From Takakia lepidozioides (lineage: Eukaryota > Plantae > Bryophyta), in the NCBI GenBank assembly GCA_030704615.1, contig CM060731.1, forward strand, positions 52,390,001-52,454,000: a stretch of DNA of 64,000 nt, given 5' to 3'. Made by a program: the position numbers and the translations under genes. The first letter of the stretch is position 1. Each line of letters begins with the position of its first letter. Below are positions 14,175-25,618 of this stretch, piece after piece. Below the pieces are notes generated by a model. The model did not search any database. It had not been told where the DNA came from and saw nothing but the letters and a program-made list of their open reading frames with translations.

Positions 14175-14573
14175 CATCGATGCGTGTTTTCTATCAACCC
14201 GCGAAATCTTACTGGATTCGATCCAATTGACGTTAAAAGCGGATTCTGCCACTTTTTCGGCCTAATTCTCAGGCCGAATCGGCCACCCGGGGCAGAATCG
14301 GCAGGGATGGACGCAGAGAGGACGGCAGATCTACCACTGAGGCCCATGTCACATCCTCTCGGGGCTCTGAATCTGGGCAATCGATATGGGATAATCGAAC
14401 CTCAATCATATTGCGCCACGTTACGGCGAGAATCCGCCACACCTGCTTTTAACGCCAGTGAACGGGCCGCGTTGGCCGACTCTGCCCGGTGCGCGGCCAT
14501 AGGGCTCACCCTGACGGGCTCGCCCAAAGGCCGCTTACAGGGCAGAATCGGCCAAACACGGCCCGTTCTCTAG
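14175..14573 (+). mobile_element. Possible non-autonomous Helitron-like insertion upstream of the NDUFAF7 ATG
   Basis: GC-rich island ending in a short palindrome GGCC-aaacac-GGCC, then CGTTCT-CTAG|T (14570-14574), which resembles a Helitron 3' end. The 5' boundary is uncertain. Confidence 0.4.
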
Positions 14574-14627
14574 TACATAACGTAAACAGCTCAAATGTAG
14601 CTCCCGACTAGGGCTTTACAATCCTAC

Positions 14628-14780
14628 CTGCCCGAGGCTTATTGATGCAGATGGCAGAAAGCTATGGCGATTTGCGCGGCGCTAATAATCGTGTCGAGCG
14701 GTAGATCGGCTCTGGATTTGCCTTGCCCGCTGCCCGAGACGGCACAGGCTAGCGCCCTGCCGCGCGGTCATCACCATACG
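14628..14780 (-). other. Probable 5' UTR exon / CpG-rich promoter-proximal region of the NDUFAF7-like gene
   Basis: CpG-rich stretch ending in a donor-like CAG|GTAGGA at 14627. The upstream ATG frame hits a stop. Confidence 0.35.
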
Positions 14781-15749
14781 TCGATGATTTTTAAACTCGA
14801 AGCAAAACATGACATGTATGACATAGCCATATGTGTCATCGTGTGGGGATCAGTCTGCATGACCATGTGGCGATCGCTCTCCATGCCTATCGCCATTCTC
14901 GCCCCCTACTCCTACTGCCTTTCACGATGATTTGGAAGACCTGCCCTATCGCTGCTCCACCTGCACAAACAGGTCCCTTTTTCTAAGTATCTCTCTCTCC
15001 TTCTCTCTCTTTCTAGAGATGGAAGTGAAATGCTCAAAGTCAGGGCTCCACGAGAGCCTCTGCAATATTTGAGGTCGTTGATGACCTCAATTGGAAGGGC
15101 TCTCAGGTACATGTTTATTCATGTGGAGGAACTCGATTCTGAACCCAGATGCATACAAAGACTTTGTACCTAGCGCCCCCTTTGGGGTTTCTGTTCTTCA
15201 AATACGATTTTCCATAGATGAGGTTATAAAGATGGGTGTTTAATGTAAAGAGATTGGGCTCCATGAGAGCTTTTGAGATTGAGGTCGTTGACGACATGAG
15301 CAGAGCTAAGTTATAAGAGTTATGCCTCTCTACATTCTTGGATTCTAAGGACACGTGTAGAGCTGTGAGGGAGGGTTGCAAACGCCTTGCGAAAGCATAG
15401 TCTAAGTGTGGAGGGGGCTCTACAAATGGGTGCGGTGACGCACCCATTTGCAAGGCTCCATCTGAGGTTGGGGTTGTGGTTTTTCATTGCTTCTTTCACA
15501 TATTCAAAATACTTCGCATTGTGTATTTTTGAGTTCAAACATACAAATCTCTTACACTTCTCATGTTGTTGGTAGAGGCATGCAGAGGAGGATGATTGCT
15601 TGGATAAAGTCTTAAATGTTGCTTTGTTGGCTCTGGCCCTTCTGGGCAGAGACTTTGCATCATGTTGAAGTCAATGGAGAAAATGTGGTCAACAGAACTT
15701 ACACCGTGTCAAGAGAGTGATTGGTCTAAAAAAGCTCTTAAGTATAAAC

Positions 15750-16316
15750 TAGTGTTGCACCGGTATAGAGGGTATTGCACAGGTATATGCACTGGTATCA
15801 AATTCAAATTTTCTCGCCTAAATTCAAATGTACCCCCTTAAATTGTGACGTCTGGGCATCGCACTTTGCGACCCCCGGGCGTGCTAATTCTGCATTGCAA
15901 AGTAGTTTTTTTTTTTTTTTGGCAAGCCGCGACGGTCGGGCGTCGCTAATCCCATTTACCGGCGGCAACGCCCGACACCTCCTGCGACGTGTTTTTTTGG
16001 TCCGGGGGTCGCAAGCCACGACGCCCTGGCGTCGCGTAGCCCGCCACCCTGCGTGCGCCACGTTTTTTTTTTTTGATTGAAAAAAAAAAAAAAAAAAAAA
16101 AAAAAACGAACCAGAGCGTCGCCAAAACCCACGCCCGGATGTGGCGGAGCCCGACTCTTGCTCCCGCTGTTTTTTTTTGCCACGCCCAATAGTCGCTTGC
16201 AGCGACGCACTGGCATCGCTTGGCGTACCACCCGGCTTACGCCACGTGTCTTTGGGTTTTAGGATGGGACTCCCAGGCAGGTTAGAAAAAAAAAAGGATG
16301 CAACGCCGCGCTGGCG
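15750..16316. mobile_element. GC-rich subterminal-repeat segment of a DNA transposon (CACTA-like) truncating the DNMT ORF
   Basis: Repeated GCGAC/GTCGC motifs with A/T homopolymers, in the same style as 60300-60900 and 28444-28800. Abrupt junction with DNMT coding sequence at 16316/16317. Confidence 0.55.
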
Positions 16317-19300
16317 TTGACCCAACACATATCGGCGTGATGCCTCTGACAGAGCTGGCACAGCTGTAGTGCCCGTGGCAAATCCTATTGCCCGCTCTCG
16401 CTCATCTGCATTGGGCTCCACCAATTGCTGTAGCACATTGTCCCAAATCAACCCAGGACCATTGTCTCAAAAAGCATGAGACGAGGGAAAGCTCATGAGC
16501 GTAGGCAAGGCCGCACGTGGCTGCCCCACTCGATTTACCACTGCTAGAGGTGGACGGTCATCATGTCGCACCTTCTGTGGTTGCCTCCCTTGGTCCAAAA
16601 TGCCCTCAACTGTGAGATTGGGTGGCCGTTGAATGGAATCGTATGCTCTCTTGAGCAGCTCTGGTGGTGCAAGATTGGTCCACCACAATCGAGGTCGATG
16701 CGCTCGTGATCCCACCGCTGCTGCATCCAATAGCACCGCCGATCCAATCCAAGACCGCACCTGATGCACACTGGCCATAACCCTGGCCCGAGAGTCCCTC
16801 ATAAGATAAACATTCTCCAAAATATAGGCTAGAGGTTGCACTTGCCTCGTCTGCAAGTCACGCAACACTCTTAACATCTCCCAAAACAAATGCGATCGTG
16901 CATCATGCAAGCCGTTCCCATGACCTGCGGGAGAGTGTCCTTGGCAAGGCCATCCAGCTATCACCAAGTCAATGGCACCATGCCGGTCCAAATAATCCGC
17001 CCCCAACAAGGTAATGTCTGCTGGCAAGGCCTTTTGATACCCTTGAATTGCTGAGAGAGGCAACAACTCAGGATATCGGTGTGTGAGCAAGGCGATGTGG
17101 CGCATAGAAATACGTCGAGCTATCTCATCCTTCTCCACATACAAGTACTTGCGTACTTTAATCCCAGCTTGCAACACTCCTGCAAGTCCAGTGCTCATGC
17201 CTCCAAACAGGTCTAGCAAACAAATCCCTGAGTCAGGTGGTTGCCAGGTAATGGGCACTGTATCCAAAAGAGCTAACTGAGGAGGTCCAGGTGATGTCAC
17301 TGAACTCCCCTCACTCACCAATGGATACGCCTCCTGCCATGCTTGGTGCACACACTCGCCTACTACTCGATGCAAATTCCTAACTGTACCCCACAGTGGA
17401 ATATGAACAGACACATGAGGAAGCAAATCAGCCTTGTATGCCAATTGTTTGTCCTCATCAGGTGGTGGCCTATCAGCTGCATGGCTATTGCCCTCCAAGA
17501 GCTCACCACCCCAAGCCACCACCCCTGAGAATGCAGCCAATGTGGGCATCATGTTCCTATGATCCACCGCTACATTCCCAATAAACCGCACTGGGAGCAG
17601 TGCACGCCGGCCATCCCCTGACTGCCATTCCGGCCTGTAGGATGTCGTTTCCTCCCAAAAGTCCAAAGTAAAGCCCATCGGGTATAACACAGCCCCACCA
17701 ACAAGTACATCATAAGACATCGCATCCGTAACAATGGCTTTAGCTCTCATGACAAAGCCATCTGTAGGATGATCTGGCTGCAATCGAATGAAGAGCTCAT
17801 GGCGTGTAATCCCTCGTGTCTTCTCTGAACTGCCCAAAGATGTTTGAATTTGGAAAGGGCAAGGCTCCAAATCCGCCTCTGTAAGACCCAAGCCTGCAAT
17901 TGCTGCTCTCCCCAACATCAATGGCTGTGCTCCCGAGTCCAACAAGACCCGTAGTGGCCTATACCTCCTCCCGGCCGGGCCACCCAATTGAAACACACCA
18001 TCCTGATTGTCCACCAGGACTACCCCAGGAGTCATCATATTACGTTCAATGGCTGGTCTAGCTGGCAACTCTTGCAACCTTGCAGCTGCCGCTTGCCATG
18101 GCGCAGCTGTGGTTGTCTTCACCCTTGAATCTAGGGCATCCATGCACTGCACCTGATCCGCTATCCCCGCAAATAGTGCCGATGCATCACCACTCTCACA
18201 GAGTCTAGCTGCCAGTCTAAACACTGCAGCTGGCCGTATCCCCGGCATTGCAATTGTCGTGGCAGAAAACAATGGAGCTTGGCAAATTTCCGTAGCCGCC
18301 CCCAACAATGTACTGGCTGCACCTTGCTTTGCTGCACCACCCACTGGCATTTCTTGAGCCACACCAATTCTCCCCAATGACACTCGTGGCTCTATTTCTG
18401 ACACACTTGGGCGAGCGGGTGCCATCGATGGCATAGTTGGCACTGTCTCAGCCAATGTGAAAGACTGTGGAAGCCTTGTTTGCCGACTTGCTTCCCCTCT
18501 TTGTGGATCAAAATCCACATTCGCTCCTCTTGGCTCAAGAGCACGCGTTGCTGCTCGAGTGACAGCAGCTGCAGAGTCCATATACAATGGTCCTGCAAGT
18601 GCGGCTCCACACATGAAGCATATACCAATCTGGTCTTCCCTAGGCATAGGAGGTTGTGCAGGTGGGGCTTGAACCTCAGGCCTTGGAGCTAGCGCAACAT
18701 GAGTAGTGGCCATGGTAGCAAGACGTTGTTCTAGCTGGGCAAGCCTATCTACCATGCATTGGTCAGGACCTTGACCGTGACCTTGTGCTCCTTGGTTTTG
18801 GTTACGACCTCCACCACGACCTCTACCTCCTCTACCTCTCTGGACTACATTGCCTCGTCCTCGGCCACCATTGTTCCCTTGGAATTGGCCTGGCCGTAGC
18901 TCAGGATGCAAGTCATAACAATGGGCCTCTTCATGCCCATACTTGCCACAATGCCCACATTGTAGTTGTGTAGGTTGTGCCTGTGCCTGTGTCTGTGCAC
19001 AACTGGGTTAAAGGCAGGCACAGGTGTTGGTGCTGCAGCAGGAGCTTGGGTGGACTTCCCAGCTCCTGTTCCAGTTGATGTCCCACTGCTGCTTGCAGAA
19101 GCTGCCGGTGTAGCTACCGGTGTCACCACTGCCCTTGTGCCTCTGGTGACGGAGACATAGTCAGGTGACCAATACACCCGCCATTCCTCAATCTCCACCT
19201 CATGTCCCCGCCTAAACGCATGGTAGTCATCCATGGGCGGCCCCTCAAGGTGCTGAGATAGTTCCACGCCATAAAAGGCGTAAACAGTTGTGGATTGCGC

Positions 19301-19600
19301 ATCTGCTGCAAATCACACCAACTATCAAACTCCTATATGAAATCATCAAGCTCGATGGTGCCCACAGCTCCAGAGTACCGACATGGCCCCTTGATAGCTC
19401 CATACATTTCCTCCATCGTATCCCACAACAATGGCACGGAAATGGCTTGCACCCTCGGCGAGAATCCTCCTAACTCCGAGTCTGAACCTTCCTCAGAAGA
19501 CACTGAAGGTGAAGGTGGCCTAAACCGCACACCTCGTCTTGTATACCCACTAGTATCGCTGGTGCTCGTACCGGCACTCTCCTCACCAACTGGTGGCACC
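16317..19600 (-). pseudogene. Retrotransposon polyprotein: Gag - CCHC knuckle - aspartic protease - C5 cytosine DNA methyltransferase (disrupted, 3' truncated)
   Basis: Gag N-terminus IELDDFI*EFDSWCDLQQ...LSQHLEGPPMDDY. Knuckle CGHCGKYGHEEAHC (18918-18959) is in frame with the 814-aa ORF. Protease VLLDSGAQ (17931-17939) and YDVLVGG. MTase motifs I LDLFGGMSTG, II YVEKD, IV IAGWPCQGHSPAG (PCQ 16941-16949), VI ILENV (16809-16817) and VIII AHRPRLWWTN. After one TGA come IX EPNADERERAIGF and the start of X, RRYVLGQ. Confidence 0.92.
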
Positions 19601-22600
19601 TCCGTGATGAAAACTCACAACCACACCCTGTTGTAAACCTGTCTCTAATCCCCCTTTCCACAAGGTAACCGGGTAGAGAACCTGTTGCGGCTTATGGCTT
19701 AGACTACTAGGTTCGTAACATAAACCTGCACCTGCATCCACCGCAAGCACCCATATGGTCTGTTGGTCATCAACCCAGCCTCACCATAAGATAAACAATG
19801 GTGGTCTGACTGGTCATCATCCCAGCCTCACCACCAACAACATGCTCTAGGATTGGCCGGTGCCCAACCTCCTATGAAAACAAGCACCCACACAAAAGTG
19901 ACATGGCGCACAGTCAAGCATGCAGGTGTGGGGGGGATCCAAACACAAGAAAATCAAGACAGTAACTCCCCCACACCAAAAAAAACACTCCACAGTGTTG
20001 CTCTTGCAAGGACACCCCAGCCCAAACCCAGACTGACTCTTGCCTCCACCTATGGAAAGGTTTTGGCCTACATAGAGGGTGGAAAACTACGAGGAAGAGA
20101 GACTAAAGCAATTCCTAATCCCAGAATGCTCTCATCCCACTAGTCTCCCCCTATCTCTAAACGCTCTTGCTCATGACCAACAGACATAACTACCTTCCAG
20201 GGTCTCTCAAATAACTCTCCAAGAGCCCTCAAGATGTCTCTCAAACAATCTCACTAAGGCCCCCAAAGCCTGCCAAATCTTGGCCCTCAAGGACCCAAAT
20301 AGTCCTTCAACCAGTCACCAAAGACTCCTCAAGCTCGCCAAATAGGCCTCCAAGGACACCAAACAGCCCTCCAAACAGCCTTCCAAAGGCTCCAAAAACT
20401 TACCAAATATTGGCCTTCAAAGACCCCAAATGGTCCTCCACATAGCCTTCCAAAGGCTCCAAAAACTTGCCAAAACTTGGTCTTCAAGGACCGCAAATAG
20501 TCCTCCAAACAGTCATCCAAATACCTCTTCAAGAGCTCTTCAAGTGTCTTACCAAAAGCTCCTCAAAAGACCCCCCAAATTTCCTTCAAAGGCAATACTC
20601 CTCCAGATACACCCTAGATGCCATACACTTTTAATGAATACGTATGGTAGGCAAAGTCTCTCCACTTGTATCCATACACTGTTCTCAAAAGGGTATGGTG
20701 GGACAGAGGGTTCCATACATTGTTTTCAAAAGTGTATGGTGGGGCAGAGGGAGCCCATACTCAGTTTCTTGAAGAGTATGGAGACTAGGGTTTGTAGAGT
20801 ATAGTAAGAAACACCTTCTTCATGGTATCTTCCCCCCCAACATGCAATCAAGATTGCATTATCTTACTTTGCAATGCATTCATCCCAAATTGACAAGTTC
20901 CTCTTGATCTCCTTGGAACTCATAGCAAGCTAATGTGCCCAATGACAAGCGTCAAGCCTTGCTTGAATTTGAATTTTGTATGTCATCTTCCATATGCTTT
21001 CCCTTGCATGGGCTAGTCACACACACTTCCACCTCTTAACCTAGGTGTTGTCTTCATTCATCATAATATTGTGTATCCACACCTCTATTCAAGAGCTCAT
21101 CTTCTCAAACTTGAAGTCACAAGCCCAAAGAGCATGCTCCACATAAGCATCACTTGCTGATCAACCATCCACCACAAAACTTAAGCAAAAAAGGAATGAA
21201 TACATGAGCTTCACCTTCCCCTTCCTTGTCTTGTCACATGCTAATGTATGGTTGAAGTTGCTATGCATGCCGTGAGCCACAATCTCCTTTCTTCATGAAG
21301 ACCACCTCCAATGATCTCCCACATGTGCTCCAAGCTCTTCAATACTCTAGGCTTGGTTTCACATCATCATGGATAGAATTCTCACCCACATGCTTCCCTT
21401 TGGAGTCATCTTAAGCTTGTTGATGCTCTCCAAATGGTTGCTTTTGTTGTCTTCAAGCCCTAGCCTATGTAGCTCCTTGGCTTTTCTTCCACAAAATGCA
21501 CCACCTCATATACAATGAATGAACTTGCTCACTTCACCTTCTGGCTCTCCTCAAGCTTGAATTGGAAGCCACACTTGGAAAACATGCTCCACACATGCGC
21601 CACTTGCTTCACCAAGAGCAATCCAAGAACTCATAGAACTAGCAAAAGCACTCCTTTCTAGCACCACCTTTACTTGCTTGTTTGTCAACCAAATGAAACC
21701 CCACTTGGCTTCATTTCACCACGGATAGAACAACCACTTCTTAGCTTTTCTTGAGCTACTTAATGCTCCTCAAGCTACCCTTGTTGTACTCCTCCTATGG
21801 TGTTTCCAACCCAAGCATGTGCTGCTCTTTGGCTTCTCTTTCACACCATGAACAAGTACTAGAGCTTGCTCTTGAAACCCTAGTGTCTATCTTCTCCACA
21901 CACAAGACGCTTATCTTATAATGCAAGAGCACTTTTCCAAGCTCTCCACCTCTATAGAGAAAAAGTAATGCTTCTCAAACCCTAACATCCATGTTCTTCA
22001 TGCCACAAGGATTTTTCTTTGCAACACCTGCAACACCTTGCAACACAAGAGCTCTCTACCAAGCTCTCTCCAACACACAAGTGCTAAACTAACCCTTACA
22101 CTCCGCATTCACAAGCTGTAGAATAAAACTAAGATCAATCCTAAAAGAGGATCAATTAGCTCTAAGGTTTGTTCGCTAGGGAAAGCACACAATTGAATTG
22201 CTATGTCGTGATTAGAACACTATATCTACTTCTAATTGTCTCCCAACAATAAATGTCTTAATATTCATCTCAATTAAATTCCTCTCGTATTGATCTGCAC
22301 GCTTCATCAAATAATCCTCATCTTTTTCTTTCACACAAAATTCTTCCCATTAAACTCCAACATCTCATCACATTAACATGAAGCTTACATAGTATTTCAT
22401 CAGATCTTTGTCTCATCACACTACTCATATTCTTCTTATCTCTTACTTAAGCTACTGAAAACGACAAACTAACATCTCTTGTGCTAGGGCCTCGGCACTC
22501 TCGCTCGAATGACCATGAATACATCGATTCAGCGGAACTCATAGTGTCCTACTCTAACTACCATAATTACCTAGCACTGATTCAATGGGCTAACATCTAT

Positions 22601-23118
22601 CCTAATAACCCCATTCCTACCAATTATCATCCCCATTATCTGAATTTACTTTCGTTCTAACATCCTACCCAATTCTATCAAATTATCGAACCCCATAGTA
22701 ATTTCACATCCAATTCTTGTTCATTTGCACTCCAATTCTAAATGCTACTCCACAAAGAATTTTCTATTATTCTACATAGCCCTACTCCTAGTTATGCAGC
22801 GCCCCCGCAAACACTATCTCTTAAGAAAAAAAAACTAAGTCATCATCTTCTTGGCATGTGGTTCCTTCACTTCATCGTCTTGACAATCACAAATTTCTCA
22901 GCCATGAACATGCCTTCTTCCTTCATCATAATGTCTCCACCATTTTCCTTAAGATTAAAAAAAAAATACTAATAATAACTTCAGAAGAAACTAATAAAGA
23001 GCCTCACTCCTATTTCAAACTATATACTCTTGTAGAATCACTCTATTTTTCTTATGAACTACATCACCTCCAAGCTTCTTCACCATTACATACATGAATA
23101 CATGACATACTCCCACAC

Positions 23119-24800
23119 TTATCTGTGTGCGTTCTCGCAAACATAATCTCTTGAAGGAATTAGCGATATAGTATCGAATGAATGTTTAGCACCAAGCTCC
23201 TTCTTAAATGTTGAGATGAACTCCAAGGCAATTTCATAATCTTGTAGACTAGAAATCCAATTGTTTTCAGAGAAGACCGCATCACCATTTGTTGATTGTA
23301 TCATCACAGCTAATCCAAAACTGTGAACCTTTTGTTGATCATTATTCGAAATTTGAAATGTACCGCATACATGAAACCATCTAAGCTCTTTCTTCAATTG
23401 TCCAATCGATGGATCGGGTTGCTTCACCAATTGTGCATCCAATAGACTCGGATAGTCCACCAAAATCTTGATTTCCCATTGAAACTTTATAATTGCCCAA
23501 ATTATCTTGGTTCTCAATTTCCCAAATTGAAATACCATCTGTAAAAAGAAATTAGAAACTCTTGGAAAAAGTCTCATAATGAAAGTTTGTTGGAAAAAAT
23601 CAGCTTCCAACTTTTTTGGCTGATTTATAACACATAGTCCTTCACAATCAATGATGCTCTTAGATATATCAATTGGTTGTAAATTATTCACTATCATCAC
23701 TTTGGCAATATTGGCCTTATATCCATCCAAAAGGTCCAATTGTTCTTCAATCATGGGATAATTATTAACCATTTTCTTGGTCTTCTTTGTGGTCATGACT
23801 TTCACAATTGTATCAATTTCAAAAGAAATGAAAATATCATCCCCTCCATGGTAACACACTTGCATTGTTGTTTGTAAGCACAATTGAAGCAATTTGTCAC
23901 AATCACCATTCCAACTTGAGTTTTCCTCAATGGCCTTCAATGTATCAAAATTTGAACACACATCCAAATTGATCTCCTCCAAAGAAATTTGCGATTTTTG
24001 ATAATTGCAAGAATGTAGCTTTGCCTCAAAAATTGTGTTTTCTTGCGAATTCCTCAATTGAGTGAATTAGTCCCTTATTTGCACGACCTCCAAAGCAATT
24101 TCTTTACATTGTTGAATAGTCATTGCATTATCTTGCTCAAAACTTACTTTCTCAGATAAGAGAGTGGCAACTTGATCATCAAGAAATTGCATCTTCATGT
24201 ATAAGAGTTGATTTTCTTCTTGCAAAATTTCATTATCCAGTAATGATTTCTCTTTCTTAATCTTCTATCAGAGTATCCTCCCCTGACAACAAATACATTG
24301 GGCACTGTACGCTAGATAATGTGTCCTGCTCACAGCAATGTCTCGAGGGGAATATCACCGACGTTAATATGAGATTATTTTCAAAATCTGCTGAGTAGAA
24401 TCGTCACAGGGCATATGAGAGCGTAGAATAAACAAACCATTGTATCTAACTTTGTCTTCAAGGTCGAAATCTCACTTTGAAAATGCTCCTCATTTCTTTG
24501 CAGCAAAGCTTCGGCTTCAAGATCTTTTGCCTTGATCTCTTCCAAATTTGTCGTTTGAGCCAAATTCAATTGAACAGTCAGATCATGATTCCTTCCCTCC
24601 AACTCTTTGAGTTTGGCCTCCAAATTCAAAATATCCATGCCTAAATTACCAATTCGAAGTACAAGATCTGTCTCAATAGGTGTCATCCAGGAATTTGCCT
24701 CTACAGACCGTGAAAGATTTAAGGTTTCCAACCTATTTACTTCACTATGAAGACCACAATTCTCTCTTTGAAGTTGCTGAATCACACTCTGAAAGTTCAC
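23119..24800 (-). pseudogene. Interrupted long coiled-coil ORF of unknown function (TE accessory ORF)
   Basis: 139-aa and 312-aa ORFs joined by E/Q/L/K heptad-rich coding-like sequence, broken by a ~170 bp insertion and a stop. No introns apparent. Confidence 0.5.
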
Positions 24801-24992
24801 ATAATAATTATAAAGATATGCTTCCCTAGGGGTTGTAGGGTTGATGTCTTAATGTAATATAAAACTAAGATCAATCCCAAAAGAAAAGATCAATTAGTTC
24901 TAAGGTTCGTTCGCTGGGGAAAGCACTATACGACTAATACATAATGATGCCAGACTATTCTATCTCTCTCTATCCCTTCTTCTAAACAACTT

Positions 24993-25295
24993 CTACCAAT
25001 AGTCATCTTCATCTAACACGATCATCATTCTTCCAGATTCATGAATATTCTCTCCATCTTCTATTAACTCTGCTCCATCGGCTGAAATCAAATACCATTG
25101 CTCCACTACATTCTTCCTCCAATAATCTCTCTGATACAAAGTCAACAGTTCTCGATACCATTCTTTATTAACTAACCATAGATTGATTATCTCTTTGTCG
25201 CTACATTGTAATCTTTTAAAGATATCTAGAGGCAAACTATTAGGCAGTCCAGTAATCAATTCTACATGATATACTAGCTGTTCTCCTTCATACAT
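24993..25295 (-). CDS. Small (100 aa) F-box-like protein
   Basis: ELITGLPNSLPLDIFKRL...LWLVNKEWYRELL fits the plant F-box pattern LIxGLP..l...I...L...l.lV.K.W. ATG to stop is intact. Confidence 0.55.
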   Translation of the reverse strand: MYEGEQLVYHVELITGLPNSLPLDIFKRLQCSDKEIINLWLVNKEWYRELLTLYQRDYWRKNVVEQWYLISADGAELIEDGENIHESGRMMIVLDEDDYW

Positions 25296-25311
25296 CGCCA
25301 GTGATCATTCT

Positions 25312-25618
25312 TCACCACCAATTCTGTTTCTCAAGTCGCTCCAGGGATTTTCCCTCACCAAAATTATGATTCCATTCTCTCATAAGTTCAGGATAGCCTT
25401 CAAATGGTCTACCACTTCTGCGACCAACTATGCTTCCAATAACAACTCCTGTATAGGATAGATATCTCCCTATACCATCCTTTATTGACCAATTGCAATA
25501 AGAATACTTCTTTATCACTACAACAAAGCTTCTGAAAGATTGTTATCGATAAATGATCTGGTAATCCAGAGATCAATTCTGACACTTCATTTATTCCTTC
25601 ATCATTGCTCTCTGCCAT
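25312..25618 (-). pseudogene. Tandem paralog F-box-like mini ORF with one frameshift
   Basis: ELISGLPDHLSITIFQKLCCSDKEVFLLQLVNKGWYREISILYRSCYW aligns ungapped to the downstream ORF. The C-terminus continues in another frame (…ELMREWNHNF…QNWW*). Confidence 0.55.

Noticed and set aside
16467-18911. Host DNMT3/DRM/CMT gene
   Set aside because: It is intronless, in frame with a retroviral protease and Gag knuckle, and preceded by repeated LTR-like DNA. No host regulatory domains are visible.
19895-19925. …GACA|TGGCGCACAGTC as LTR end plus PBS
   Set aside because: It lies on the strand opposite to gag-PR-DNMT in both copies, so it is not usable as this element's PBS.
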